From an uncultured Gammaproteobacteria bacterium (GTDB lineage: Bacteria > Patescibacteriota > Patescibacteriia > Magasanikbacterales > GWA2-37-8): a stretch of DNA of 64,000 nt. The stretch is taken from positions 9,671 through 73,670 of the forward strand of contig CAYXJO010000004.1 in the NCBI GenBank assembly GCA_964465205.1, written 5' to 3'. This document shows positions 26,925 to 37,551 of this stretch, in pieces. The notes below the pieces were generated by a model. That model saw nothing but the letters and a program-made list of their open reading frames with translations. It ran no database searches and had not been told where the DNA came from. Within the stretch, counting starts at the first letter, position 1, and the number at the start of each line of letters is the position of its first letter. Made by a program: the position numbers and the translations under genes.

Positions 26925-28055
26925 TTAGTATAGCGCCATCCACACGCCTACTACCACCATGAAGCAGTGTATAAGCCAAAAGCGCGTGACGATTTTTTCT
27001 TCGCTCCAACCCATAAATTCAAAATGATGATGTAGTGGGGACATTTTGAATAATCTTTTTCCGAAAATTCGACGTGATAATACTTGTAGTATTACCGTGA
27101 TTGCTTCGATATAAAAAATAAAACCAATAATCGGGATAAGTAAAGTTTTATTGATCGCAATAGCGTTGACCGCAAACAGTGCGCCTAGCCCCAGTGATCC
27201 CACGTCGCCCATTTGAAACCGTGCTGGTTTGACGTTGAAATAAGTATAGGCGATAAGCGCGCCGGTGACGGTGGCATTTAGTAGAGTAAAAGCCGGGCGG
27301 CCTTCAGCCCAAGCAATCATGGTAAGTCCGGCAAATGACGCAATGAGCGCCCCGCCAGCAAGCCCGTCCATGCCGTCGGCGATATTCACTGCGTTGGCTG
27401 TAAACATTACAAACAAAATCACAATCGGGATAATGAGCCAGCCCAGCGCCAGTTGGCCGTCAAATGGAATATGTACGCTATGCCAGTACTGCCCAAGTTT
27501 AAAATAAATCCAATAGGCAACAATCCCACCAGCAATAAATTGCAAGAATAATTTTTCGTGCACTTGAACGCCTCGATTTTGTTTGCTGCCAAACATTCCT
27601 ACTATACGAGCAAACGCATGCCATGGCAAAGTGATAAAGTGCCAAACACGCATATACCAGTGACGATGAATTTTTATCAAGGTCCAGACTTGGGATAATT
27701 TTCTCTCGCGGCGTCTTACGCCAAAAATATTTAAAATATCGTCGGTAGCGCCTAGTAGTGCCGCCACCCCCATGGCACCCATTGGCACATAAGTATAGGC
27801 GCGTTGCCAGTTGAGTAAAAGCGTTACAATTGTGACGGTGATTACCACCAGCAATCCACCCATTATGGGTGTGCCGATTTTGTGTCGGCGTTCACCTTGG
27901 AGTGTGTAATCAGCTTCACCATGGCGTGTCAGTTTGTATTTATACAAAATTTTGGTCAGTAGTGGTGCCCACAAAAAAGCTCCCACGCATGATGCCATAA
28001 GATAAATAAGCGCTTGTTTGAGTAGTTCGATGGAAAATGGTCCGCAGAAGTCCAT
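26925..28055 (-). CDS. mraY: Phospho-N-acetylmuramoyl-pentapeptide transferase
   Basis: KIGTPIMGG, NAVNIADGMDGLAGG and the MraY-specific PLHHHFE motif. An about 50-aa cytoplasmic-loop insertion is present. Confidence 0.8.
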   Translation of the reverse strand: MDFCGPFSIELLKQALIYLMASCVGAFLWAPLLTKILYKYKLTRHGEADYTLQGERRHKIGTPIMGGLLVVITVTIVTLLLNWQRAYTYVPMGAMGVAALLGATDDILNIFGVRRRERKLSQVWTLIKIHRHWYMRVWHFITLPWHAFARIVGMFGSKQNRGVQVHEKLFLQFIAGGIVAYWIYFKLGQYWHSVHIPFDGQLALGWLIIPIVILFVMFTANAVNIADGMDGLAGGALIASFAGLTMIAWAEGRPAFTLLNATVTGALIAYTYFNVKPARFQMGDVGSLGLGALFAVNAIAINKTLLIPIIGFIFYIEAITVILQVLSRRIFGKRLFKMSPLHHHFEFMGWSEEKIVTRFWLIHCFMVVVGVWMALY

Positions 28056-28069
28056 AGTGAGAGAAAAAA

Positions 28070-28918
28070 TTAAATTTTAACCCGTCTAATTTCTAGCACG
28101 CTAGCATTTTTGGCCTCCAAAAAAGTTTCGCATTCGTTGATTTGATGAAATAAATCATCGGATAGGGCAGGGGATTTTTCTATCCACTGTTGGACCAAAA
28201 GCCCCTTGCCCGGCGCGATAATTTTTATTTCACCCGTATTCACGCCGTGTCCGTATTTGCCCTCGCCACTCCAAGCCCGTGAATGGACATATTTTATACC
28301 ACTTTCACCGCAGTCAGTGATTAGAATGATGTGATTACGTTTTTTGGTCGGTCCGGTTTCGAGCATGGTGATGATATCCCCAGATTGAATTTGGGAATAA
28401 TCATAGCCGGTAGTTTCGTCGCCCAGTTTGGTAGTATTTTTGTCGTTACAAAAGCCGCTACGCACGCCAATGTTTTCGATTGGTCGCAAACGACGTACCA
28501 GGTTGCGCAGAAAAGTACCCGGAATATTTTTAATAAATTTTTGCGCGATGTCAATTTTATTCGTCTCTAGATAGTGGGCGCGCAATACATGGGCAACCAA
28601 TCCCGAACAATCTACTCCTAAATTATTTTCAATCAAAAATTTACGAATATTTTCGGTTTCTTCTTTTTTGTCATCGATGTGATCCCCGTGAATACAGCAA
28701 TGTCCATCGTGATCAAAAATGCCATGGTGGTATTGAATGGAAATTATTTTCGCTTCTTCGACTATTTCGGCCGGCGTGCCTTTGCCCACTAGCGATCGTA
28801 GGGCGCCTCGTCGATTCGTGCGCGTGTTGACAAAATACGGACATCGTATCCCAGTTACACCCGGAAATGGCAGCGAAAGATATTGATCAATTAATTTTTG
28901 CGCTTGAGATGAAAGCAT
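28070..28918 (-). CDS. Cytoplasmic NlpC/P60-like (papain-fold) hydrolase, tentative
   Basis: DCSGLVAHVL motif around a putative nucleophile Cys with downstream His residues. No signal peptide. Confidence 0.4.
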   Translation of the reverse strand: MLSSQAQKLIDQYLSLPFPGVTGIRCPYFVNTRTNRRGALRSLVGKGTPAEIVEEAKIISIQYHHGIFDHDGHCCIHGDHIDDKKEETENIRKFLIENNLGVDCSGLVAHVLRAHYLETNKIDIAQKFIKNIPGTFLRNLVRRLRPIENIGVRSGFCNDKNTTKLGDETTGYDYSQIQSGDIITMLETGPTKKRNHIILITDCGESGIKYVHSRAWSGEGKYGHGVNTGEIKIIAPGKGLLVQQWIEKSPALSDDLFHQINECETFLEAKNASVLEIRRVKI

Positions 28919-28920
28919 AA

Positions 28921-30126
28921 TTATCCCGAAATAGAATAAATTATTTCTTTACCGATTTTATTGAATTTGTTATGGGTAAGCATTATGCCGTACCGGCTCT
29001 GTATGCGCATTCTGTCGGTGCCAAGATCAGTGTTGTCGTAAGTGATAATATGCAGATTTTTTAAGCGGTTAATATTGGGGGTGCGATTAATTTTTTGGTT
29101 GCGTAAGATTATTTGCGCGCCATCATCGACGCTGGCAAGTAGAGTGTCATCAGGTGTTGTGCCTAGCAAAGCGGCAATGTGTGCCGCGAAAGTTGGCACA
29201 CCGGGATTTTGTGATTGCAGTTCACTTTCATATGGCACTGAAGCCAATTGTCTGGCATTGATTTCGATCAAAAACATTTTGCCACTTTTGCGTTCGAGTA
29301 CCGTATCGATGCCGTATAGTCCGCGCCAGCCGTTTTTGGCCAGCTTTTTGCCGATAGCGGTAGCGATTTTATAAAATTGTTTATTTTGCGAGTTGGTGAG
29401 TATTTGTTTGGGTAAGGCCCAATCATTGCCAATGGTGGCAAAGGGATTGTCGGTAAAAGGCCGTAGTCCGGTAATCTGATAATTAATACTTCCTGACAAA
29501 ATTTTATCTCCCCAGATTATATTGTTGTTGGTAAAGGCCGGTCCGTCGATATATTTGGTTATGCGCGCCGGTCGTTCGGGAAATTTACGTTTTAATTCTT
29601 CTAATTGTTTTTTGGTTTTTACCAGTATTGTCCCGGTGCCGGTATGCGCGCGATTGAATTGTAAAATAAATGGATTCTTACTCCAAATAATATTTTGCAA
29701 TTTATCCACTTGGTGCGGCGGTAAATATTTTTTGAGTGGACCCAGCCATTCTACTTGTGAAATTTTTTCTTCTACCCGATTACCCAGTTCGGCCGATGGA
29801 TTGAGTAGATGCCATTTTTGTTCGCGACAAAGCAATTCCATTTGTTTGTTGGCTTTGAATACCATTACATAATCTTTGGCACGAATGTTGTCGGTACAGA
29901 TTTTGTTTTTGAGTAGTTGCAAAGTGTCCAGCGGTTGGCAACCTTTGGTCAAAATTAAATTAGGGTATTGAGCGAGCAAAGTGCGCGTGTAAGTAGAGTC
30001 ATTGGTGATGATAAAATAATTGGGTATACCCAAGAGAAGCCCGGCCGCCGCCCGCTCCACATCTCGACACACATAAAAAATTCGACGCGTGCCGATTTTG
30101 CGTTTTATTTTAGCCAAAATATCCAT
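28921..30126 (-). CDS. ATP-grasp ligase (Ddl-like)
   Basis: C-terminal FLIEINARQLASVPYE, comparable to the Ddl E-x-N Mg-binding motif. ATP-grasp length and architecture. Confidence 0.6.
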   Translation of the reverse strand: MDILAKIKRKIGTRRIFYVCRDVERAAAGLLLGIPNYFIITNDSTYTRTLLAQYPNLILTKGCQPLDTLQLLKNKICTDNIRAKDYVMVFKANKQMELLCREQKWHLLNPSAELGNRVEEKISQVEWLGPLKKYLPPHQVDKLQNIIWSKNPFILQFNRAHTGTGTILVKTKKQLEELKRKFPERPARITKYIDGPAFTNNNIIWGDKILSGSINYQITGLRPFTDNPFATIGNDWALPKQILTNSQNKQFYKIATAIGKKLAKNGWRGLYGIDTVLERKSGKMFLIEINARQLASVPYESELQSQNPGVPTFAAHIAALLGTTPDDTLLASVDDGAQIILRNQKINRTPNINRLKNLHIITYDNTDLGTDRMRIQSRYGIMLTHNKFNKIGKEIIYSISG

Positions 30127-30226
30127 AAATTATCTGTAAATATTATAGCAGATTATGTGCACAAAGTCAAAATAAAAAAGGGCGGTGGTCCGCCCGTGAA
30201 ATGAACTATGGGGCGAGCTGCTTAGC

Positions 30227-30520
30227 TCACCTGTTTTTGTGGTTTTTTGTCACGATCATCCACCCTTCTACGATGGCTGCGACCGGCCAAAACACCCAAC
30301 ACAACAAGAGCATGGTCGAAGCCAGAGCTTGGCTGACTTCTTGCATCTTTTCGATCTCCATATCGGTGTATTGATCATTTTTGAGGCGCTGGACATGTTC
30401 CGGGTTGAATGGAGTTGCGAGTAATTTGATAGTGGATTTCATGTGGAGTAGCATGCTGTAATACAGCACGATACCCGCTAAAATATAGATACTGATAAAG
30501 AGCCATGTGGGCCATTCCAT
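30227..30520 (-). CDS. Small 2-TM membrane protein (97 aa) in a GC-richer islet
   Basis: GGAGG RBS. Hydrophobic helices WLFISIYILAGIVLYY and LLLCWVFWPVAAIVEGWMIV. Own terminator hairpin GGGCGGTGGTCCGCCC at 30183-30203 with a T-run on the minus strand. Confidence 0.55.
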   Translation of the reverse strand: MEWPTWLFISIYILAGIVLYYSMLLHMKSTIKLLATPFNPEHVQRLKNDQYTDMEIEKMQEVSQALASTMLLLCWVFWPVAAIVEGWMIVTKNHKNR

Positions 30521-30661
30521 CTCTTATACCTCCGGTTAAGTGGTTGGGATCACGCCTATGCAATAGGCAGAGGCGTGTGTATTTTAATGATTTTCTTGCC
30601 TTTGTCAAGTTGAAATGTTATAATCTCAAAAGATGTTATAAATCTCTGTTTTCTTGTCTGT

Positions 30662-31600
30662 ATGGACAGTTTGTATAAACAATTGAAAGATTTTGGTCAA
30701 ACAAAATCGAATATTCCTTTGGCCAAGTACACCACTTTTAAAATTGGTGGTACCGCGCGTTATCTGGTGGAAATAGACGACACGAACAAGTTGGTTGATG
30801 CATTGAATTTTTTATCCGGTGAAGGTATTCCGTACTTTGTTTTGGGTGGCGGATCCAATTTGCTTTTTTCCGACAATGAATATGACGGTGTGGTGGTAAA
30901 AGTGGCTACTCGCAAAAATAGTATTGTTGGAAATAATATTAGTATCGACGCTGGATTGCCGTTGGCGCTACTGGTGAATATGTGTAGCCAAAACGGTTTT
31001 ACCGGCATGGAATGGGCAGCGGGAATACCCGGTACGATTGGTGGCGCGGTGCGTGGTAACGCCGGTGCGTATGGTGGTTCGACCGCGGACAGTCTAGTTT
31101 CTGTCACGGTTTGGCGCGATCAAGATGTGACACAATTGTCTCCTGTTGAATGTAGTTTTGGTTATCGGGAAAGTATATTCAAACATAATTCCGACGTTGT
31201 GCTTTCGGCTGAATTTACGTTTGTTCCCGGTGACAAAGCGGCTATTTTGCAAAAAAGTCAGGGGTATATATTAGAACGCAGCGCCAAGTTTCCGCGCTTT
31301 TTTTCCGCCGGTAGTTTTTTCAAAAATTTTGATTTAAAAAATTATCACGGCGACCAGTCACTGCTACCGGAAAAGTTTTTGCAAGTAGGCAAGGTGGGTG
31401 CCGCGTGGTTTATTGAACAATCCGGCATGAAAGGGCGTGCGGTAGGCGACGCCAAAGTATCCGACGAGCACGCCAATTTCATTGTCAATTGTAATAATGC
31501 GACTCAAACTGATGTACTAAATTTAGTTGAGCAAGTCAAAGAAGCGGTGTATAATAAGTTTGGCGTTGAACTAGAACCAGAAGTGCAAATTGTAAAATAA
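30662..31600 (+). CDS. murB: UDP-N-acetylenolpyruvoylglucosamine reductase
   Basis: FAD-binding N-terminus YTTFKIGGTARYLVE...VLGGGSNLLFSD and the MurB C-terminal domain. Confidence 0.85.
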   Translation: MDSLYKQLKDFGQTKSNIPLAKYTTFKIGGTARYLVEIDDTNKLVDALNFLSGEGIPYFVLGGGSNLLFSDNEYDGVVVKVATRKNSIVGNNISIDAGLPLALLVNMCSQNGFTGMEWAAGIPGTIGGAVRGNAGAYGGSTADSLVSVTVWRDQDVTQLSPVECSFGYRESIFKHNSDVVLSAEFTFVPGDKAAILQKSQGYILERSAKFPRFFSAGSFFKNFDLKNYHGDQSLLPEKFLQVGKVGAAWFIEQSGMKGRAVGDAKVSDEHANFIVNCNNATQTDVLNLVEQVKEAVYNKFGVELEPEVQIVK

Positions 31601-31746
31601 TATCTTTAGTACATTGTCAGTTCGTGTTTCGGTATTTTTGTTCGCTCCTTGTGCTACGCAGTGTCGCTATACAAAAATCCGAACCACTCGCTTATCGGTA
31701 TTATGTACTCAAGATATTATTTAACAATTTATTATAACCGTATATT

Positions 31747-32100
31747 ATGCAAATAAATATCACTGGCAAGGGGATAGAGCTTACCGAAGCTATTAAGGAT
31801 TATGTAAATAAGAAATTTGAGGGTTTGGATAAGTTTTATGATCGAATTATTCGTGCCAATGTTAGCGTGGGCATGGAAACCAAACATCATCTCAAAGGCC
31901 AGGTATTTGTCTGTGAGTGTAAATTGGAGATTCCGGGCAACGACGTGTTTGCTAGTAAAAATGAAAAAGTGCTTTATAAAGCAATTGATAAAGTGCGTGA
32001 TTATTTAGAAGCAGAACTCAAAAAACACAAAGCCAAAACGAGTCGTAGCGAACATCGCGACAAGGCAACCCGCCGTGCCACCAAAGAATATCAAATGTAA
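31747..32100 (+). CDS. hpf: Ribosome hibernation promoting factor / RaiA (short form)
   Basis: MQINITGKGIELTEAIKDYV...KFEGLDKF typical S30AE-family start. 117 aa. Confidence 0.85.
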   Translation: MQINITGKGIELTEAIKDYVNKKFEGLDKFYDRIIRANVSVGMETKHHLKGQVFVCECKLEIPGNDVFASKNEKVLYKAIDKVRDYLEAELKKHKAKTSRSEHRDKATRRATKEYQM

Positions 32101-32102
32101 GT

Positions 32103-34382
32103 GTGTTGAGATTATTCACGAAGATATTTAATTTAATTAGACAGCACCTGTTTACTTTATATGTGGTGGCAGGTGCTTTTGTCGTAGCCTTTTGTCTGTG
32201 CTGGATTAATATTGACCACCAACCACACTGGCGTTGGTTTGCAATCACGATAGGGGTGTGGTGTGCGGTATTCATATTTTATCAATTAATCAAATTCTTG
32301 TATTCGCGCCTGGTGCGTCGGCGACAATTGAGTGTATTTTGGCAAAGCGAATTCGCGCGTTGTTTGGATGAGTTATTTCTCATTTCATCGCTGGCATTGT
32401 TCACCATATTTATACGTTATAAAATTGACGCTATACTGTTGGGTTTATTGATTTGGTGTCTTTTTTTCAATCGTTTGCATCAATATTTTGCCAAACACAC
32501 TTTTTCGCAAGTGTGGCAAAATATCAATTTAACCATTTTTACATTGTCGGGATTTGTATTTTTGTTGGCTAGTATTACCCAATTCGCCGCTAGAGAATAT
32601 TATATTCTGGATGCCGCCATTCGTCCGGCATTTGTATCGTTGCGCGCGTTTGCGATTACCATGCTGTGGCTGTTGGGTTTTTCGGTGTCAGGTTTGGTGA
32701 TATTGCGTTATCAAAAATGGCATCGCTACGTATTATTAGTGTTGTGGTCGATGTTTTTTTTAGGCGGATTGTTTTTGAGTTTTACCAATTTAGGTATTTT
32801 ATATTTTTCTGGATTATATTTTTCTCCCATTGCGTGGCAGCATGCCGGTGGTGGTATGGGTGTGGCGATAAATTGGCTCACTATTATTTTGGCAGTAGGT
32901 TTTGTTTTGTCTTTAGGTATTTTTATAATTTTGATTCATCGATTCGCGCGCACTTTAGTGGCTGCCCCCAAACGTTACTGGCGCTTTTATCTGCGTTTAA
33001 TTGTGATTTCGGCCGCGTTATCACTCCTAGCCACTTCCGCATTTAAGACCACTCCGGAATTTGCCATTGCCAAATCTTTCTATGATTATTATTTCAAGGC
33101 GCAAGCCGAAGTGGAGTTGTCGCCGATTATTCAAGAAAAATTAAAGCGTTTTGGTTTAAATTATAACCTAGAACAATTTTATTTAGCTCACAAAGAGCGT
33201 GTGTTTAGCGAGCCGAACAAAATTATTTCTAGTAAATTTGAAACCCAAAAACCAAATATCATTATATTCTTTCTGGAATCTTTTTCTGCCCGTCTTACAG
33301 ATATATATAATTCCGGTTTTACAAATTTAACACCGGGGTTGGACATGATGGCCGCGGACAAAAATACCACTGTTTTTCATAAATATTATAATGCTTCTAC
33401 ACCAACTATTACCGGTACATTGTCTATTCTGTGTTCGTTTTTGCCGCCTACTGGACATCAGGAAATAGAAATACAAAAAAAATTACAACGTACGCGCCTG
33501 CTTTGTTTACCGGAAATTCTCAAAAGAAATGGTTACCAATATTCGGAATATATCACGGCCATCGGGAAAGATTTTGCGAATAAAGGTACCTTGCTACCAA
33601 GTATTGGTGTGGATGTGGTCACCGGTCAAGATGAATTGAAAAAACTTGTTACTGGCGAACCTTTAGCTTGGGGATATAGCGATCACCAAATGTTGCCGGT
33701 GCTCTGGGATAAAATCCAAACTCAAAAACAGCCGTTTTTGTATATGTTGGCCACCGTCGATACCCATCCGCCGTTTAATAAGGCCAAAGACAGAGTGCGC
33801 TATAATGCTTACAATAGCGATGCTTTGGACATGTTTCATACTACCGATGATGCTTTTCGACAATTTTGGGAAAAATTTAAGCAAAGTAGTTTTGCTAGCA
33901 ATACCATTGTGATTGCTGTAGGTGATCATGCTGTGTTTCCAGCCATGTACAATTCTGTCAAAATTCCTGGTTATCCGGGTTGGTTGGATTTTTACGATCA
34001 GATTACTTTTATGATGTATGTGCCGGACAGCCTGTTGCCCAAAGAAGTAGACATGTATTCATCCAGTTTGGATGTGACCCCATCATTGTTGCAAGTGTTA
34101 AATATCAACACCCCCAATGCGTTTGAGGGTCATTCGTTATTTGATCCTCGGGGTCGTAAGCAGTATCCCAATATTTTAGGTATGCACGAGTTTGGTTTGT
34201 ATGTAAATCAGGTAGTTAGCAGCACCAAGCGCACAGAGTCGTATAATTTGCCGGATAATATCAAATGCACCCCGGCGGATTATACTACCACCAGCACTGC
34301 ACCCCTTACTTTGTGTGAATATTTAGATTTTTATCATTGGAAACGGCAGATGTTTGAGCAGGGGAGATTTTGGGGAAAATAA
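32103..34382 (+). CDS. LtaS/OpgB-like polytopic membrane sulfatase-superfamily phosphotransferase
   Basis: More than 10 N-terminal TM helices followed by an alkaline-phosphatase-superfamily domain with the IIIFFLESFSAR metal-site motif. Confidence 0.6.
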   Translation: MLRLFTKIFNLIRQHLFTLYVVAGAFVVAFCLCWINIDHQPHWRWFAITIGVWCAVFIFYQLIKFLYSRLVRRRQLSVFWQSEFARCLDELFLISSLALFTIFIRYKIDAILLGLLIWCLFFNRLHQYFAKHTFSQVWQNINLTIFTLSGFVFLLASITQFAAREYYILDAAIRPAFVSLRAFAITMLWLLGFSVSGLVILRYQKWHRYVLLVLWSMFFLGGLFLSFTNLGILYFSGLYFSPIAWQHAGGGMGVAINWLTIILAVGFVLSLGIFIILIHRFARTLVAAPKRYWRFYLRLIVISAALSLLATSAFKTTPEFAIAKSFYDYYFKAQAEVELSPIIQEKLKRFGLNYNLEQFYLAHKERVFSEPNKIISSKFETQKPNIIIFFLESFSARLTDIYNSGFTNLTPGLDMMAADKNTTVFHKYYNASTPTITGTLSILCSFLPPTGHQEIEIQKKLQRTRLLCLPEILKRNGYQYSEYITAIGKDFANKGTLLPSIGVDVVTGQDELKKLVTGEPLAWGYSDHQMLPVLWDKIQTQKQPFLYMLATVDTHPPFNKAKDRVRYNAYNSDALDMFHTTDDAFRQFWEKFKQSSFASNTIVIAVGDHAVFPAMYNSVKIPGYPGWLDFYDQITFMMYVPDSLLPKEVDMYSSSLDVTPSLLQVLNINTPNAFEGHSLFDPRGRKQYPNILGMHEFGLYVNQVVSSTKRTESYNLPDNIKCTPADYTTTSTAPLTLCEYLDFYHWKRQMFEQGRFWGK

Positions 34383-34406
34383 TTGCTAGTATTGATTAAA
34401 TAGTAT

Positions 34407-34435
34407 AAAATATATGGTATCAAACCATATATTTT
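34407..34435. repeat. AT-rich inverted-repeat motif AAAATATATGGTAT-caa-ACCATATATTTT, copy 1. Possible operator or terminator.
   Basis: Perfect 12-bp arms. Ends 1 nt before the ATG of the downstream GT-C gene. A second copy is at 37552-37581. Confidence 0.5.
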
Positions 34436-34436
34436 T

Positions 34437-36134
34437 ATGTTACCAGTTTTTAAAAATAAATTATTTTTAAGTGGACTGATTATTTTTCTAGCTTCCTTTC
34501 TGTTGTTTTTACCAAATATTAATGATGGTTTTTTGTCGGACGATTATGATTTTTTGGCACGGATGGACGGTGTCAAAAATTGGTCTTCGGCTTGGGCACA
34601 AATCAATCCCGGTAATCAGTTTTTTTGGCGGCCGATACTAAACACTAGTTTTTTATTGAATTATCTTATTTTCGGCGAGCACTCCGCAGTGAGTTATCAT
34701 CTTTTCAATAATCTGGCGCACGCTCTGGTGGCTCTGTTGGTGTTTCTGATAGTTTGGGAATGGTGGCGCAAATTGGATCGAGCGATTTTGGCGGGGTTGT
34801 TTTTTGGAGTTTATCCCATGCATCACGAATCGGTGACTTGGATTGCCGGTCGCACCGATGTATTGGCGGCCTTGTTTTTTGTAGCCGCTTGGTATTGTTT
34901 TATGTTGTTTTTACGAGGTGCCAAATCAAAATTTTGGTGGGCACTGGTTTTGTGCGGCGTGGCGTTTATTACCAAAGAGGCGGCGTTAGGTTTGCCCGCA
35001 GTTTTATTTGGGGTAGATGTGATTTGGTTTGGTCGTAAAAAAATAAAATATTATATTTTGACTTACGGTCCATTTGCAATTCTGTATTTACTATATTTTT
35101 GCGGTCGTTATTTTTCAATTGGTACTTTGGTAGGGGGGTATCAAAATGCATCCGGCATTATTGCGTTGCATTTGCCGATTAGTCAAGTGTTGGCCTCGCC
35201 ATTTTTTTACCTTACCAAAATGATTAATTATCCATTTTGGGCGGATGGATTTTCGTGGACTAGTGGTTGGGGGCAGATTTTGTTTACGGCGCGCAAGTGG
35301 TGGTTTTTGTTTTTACCTGCTTTAATTTTGTTGTTTATTCAATGGCGTAATAACAATCGGTCGGCGATTAAAGATTTGCCGGCATTGTATATTCTCGTAC
35401 TATTAGCCACCGGTCCAGCCTGGTCGCTAATGGCCGGAATTGATTATAATGGATCGGATAGCCGTTTTATTTACATCCCCACTATTATCGGGTCGATGGT
35501 TTTGGGTTATTTGCTTACTCCAAATTTTTTAAATAATACGCAAAGGAAAATCGTTCGAATAGTTTCGGGATTAGCGATGGTTTTCTTTGTATTTGCATTT
35601 TTTGTGAACTATATACCATGGGCCGAAGCGGCACGAGTTAATATGGTGGTAGAAAAAGATTTACCTATCATATATCAGTCGGTGGTACCAGGAACAATGA
35701 TTTATGTAACCAATTTGCCGGATAACTACTTTGGCGCATATATATTTCGTAATGGTTTTTATGAATTGGCGGAGAATACGCTGAGAGATGAATCCTTGTC
35801 ACCCTCGGCCTACGGCGGTACTTTTTGGCAAATGAAATCAGCCGATAAATACGGCGGTCTTTGCCCTGCTTGGCTCAAACCAGCGGGTGATTTGTTGGTT
35901 TGGGATAAACATTTAGAAAAATTAGTTAGACGTTCAGATTTGTTGGATAGATTAAATACTACCACTGTTTTTGCGATTGATGAAAAATTGGTAAAAAATC
36001 AAGCTAGATATAAACTGCTGGTGTGGAATAACCAACTTTGGTCTGGAGAAGAAAAGTTTGTTATTAGTTTCCCCAAAGATTTACCACTTGGTAAGGTGGC
36101 TGCTAGTTGTCCGTTGTGGAGAATAAGTCAATAA
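34437..36134 (+). CDS. GT-C fold membrane glycosyltransferase-like protein (PMT/ArnT/DUF2723-like), paralog 1
   Basis: Polytopic. N-terminal FLSDDYDFLARMDG loop and a WRPILNTSF...HLFNNLAHALVALLVF pattern shared with the downstream paralog. Confidence 0.5.
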   Translation: MLPVFKNKLFLSGLIIFLASFLLFLPNINDGFLSDDYDFLARMDGVKNWSSAWAQINPGNQFFWRPILNTSFLLNYLIFGEHSAVSYHLFNNLAHALVALLVFLIVWEWWRKLDRAILAGLFFGVYPMHHESVTWIAGRTDVLAALFFVAAWYCFMLFLRGAKSKFWWALVLCGVAFITKEAALGLPAVLFGVDVIWFGRKKIKYYILTYGPFAILYLLYFCGRYFSIGTLVGGYQNASGIIALHLPISQVLASPFFYLTKMINYPFWADGFSWTSGWGQILFTARKWWFLFLPALILLFIQWRNNNRSAIKDLPALYILVLLATGPAWSLMAGIDYNGSDSRFIYIPTIIGSMVLGYLLTPNFLNNTQRKIVRIVSGLAMVFFVFAFFVNYIPWAEAARVNMVVEKDLPIIYQSVVPGTMIYVTNLPDNYFGAYIFRNGFYELAENTLRDESLSPSAYGGTFWQMKSADKYGGLCPAWLKPAGDLLVWDKHLEKLVRRSDLLDRLNTTTVFAIDEKLVKNQARYKLLVWNNQLWSGEEKFVISFPKDLPLGKVAASCPLWRISQ

Positions 36135-37531
36135 TATCTATGTCTAATCGGTGGAAATCCGGGTTGGTGTTTCTAGTGCTTTTTTTGGCAGTGATTTTGG
36201 TGTATTGGCCCACTCTACACAATACTTTTATTTTGGATGATTATGTTTGGATTCAATCATTGAGCTGGGATCAAGTTAGACATTTGTTTGTTGGTTCGTG
36301 GGAGCACGTTAATACCTTGCGTCCGATAATGCGTTTACAATTTTGGTCTAGCCGATTGTTGTTTGGCGAAAATCCTTTTGGCTGGCATCTTACCAATATT
36401 GTTTTGCATACTTTAGTAGCTTGGTGTGCCTACGAGATAGTCAGAAAGACCAGTGCTAACGAAAAGGTGTCTTTTGCAGCAGCTTTGATATTCGCGGTTT
36501 TTCCCACCAATCACGAGACGGTTGCTTGGATTTCCGGCCGCACGCATCCATTTGGTCTGTTACTATCTCTCGCGGCCGCGTTTTTGATTTATTTTAGTGG
36601 CATAATTTTGCGTAAACGGATTTGGTATTTGGTCACCGGTTTCTTGTTGTTATTGGCGAGTTTTTTAACATATGAGGTTTCTTTTGTAGTCCCGTTTGCT
36701 TTGCTATTTATTTGGATAATAGTGGGGCCACATTCGCGTCGAGCGTTGTTTTCCGTAATTAGCAGTTTTGGACTGTTGGGGTGCCTAATCGTTTATCGTT
36801 GTCTAGTGTTGGGTGGGTCGATTGGCTCAGTGGGTGCCCAGCACGACAATATCTTTTTAGCACCTTTTCTAAATTTTAAATTATTCAATATTTTGTATTG
36901 GCACTCACGCGAGCTCAAATGGCTGTTGGTGTTTTTGGTATTTTTGTTGATATTAAATTTTGTTTTACACAGACAGCAATATAAATATGATTCGCGTGTG
37001 TCCAAAATTATATTATTTTTTCTATTTTCGTTATTATCCTATGCGCCCTTTGTAATTACCAAAGGAGTGGCGCCGCGTTTTCTTTACTCATCATTATTCT
37101 TTTGTTTTATAACCTTAGCTTTGGCATACGATTATTTGTACATAGAAATGTCGAGGGCTATAAAGGGGTTGGTGGTTGTGGTGACAGTTTTCATTTTAAT
37201 ATTATCGTTTTGGCAGGCGCGCCAAATGGCCGAACGATATAATATTTTGGCCAATAGTTATGTCGAAATTCAACAAACTCTGTTAAGTGATTTTCCAGTC
37301 TGGCCATCTGGTAAGGATATGCTTTTTTATAATATTCCCAATGGTTACCAAGGTATTTTGGCGTTTTTGACATATTTTGATAAAGCGGTGCAGTATGTTT
37401 ATTATGGCCAACCGGTGGGCAAAGTATATCGGGCCGATCAATTGTCACCGGATGAGTTGAACAAGGTGTTAGCCGAGAAGCCAATAACTTATAAATTTCT
37501 TGGATTTGATAGTGGGATAATACGTCAGTAA
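36107..37531 (+). CDS. GT-C fold membrane glycosyltransferase-like protein, paralog 2
   Basis: ILDDYVWIQSL...RPIMRLQFW...GWHLTNIVLHTLVAWCAY, the same architecture as paralog 1. The start may be the internal ATG at 36140. Confidence 0.5.
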   Translation: MSVVENKSIISMSNRWKSGLVFLVLFLAVILVYWPTLHNTFILDDYVWIQSLSWDQVRHLFVGSWEHVNTLRPIMRLQFWSSRLLFGENPFGWHLTNIVLHTLVAWCAYEIVRKTSANEKVSFAAALIFAVFPTNHETVAWISGRTHPFGLLLSLAAAFLIYFSGIILRKRIWYLVTGFLLLLASFLTYEVSFVVPFALLFIWIIVGPHSRRALFSVISSFGLLGCLIVYRCLVLGGSIGSVGAQHDNIFLAPFLNFKLFNILYWHSRELKWLLVFLVFLLILNFVLHRQQYKYDSRVSKIILFFLFSLLSYAPFVITKGVAPRFLYSSLFFCFITLALAYDYLYIEMSRAIKGLVVVVTVFILILSFWQARQMAERYNILANSYVEIQQTLLSDFPVWPSGKDMLFYNIPNGYQGILAFLTYFDKAVQYVYYGQPVGKVYRADQLSPDELNKVLAEKPITYKFLGFDSGIIRQ

Positions 37532-37551
37532 AAATGTTTGTCATTATTTAC

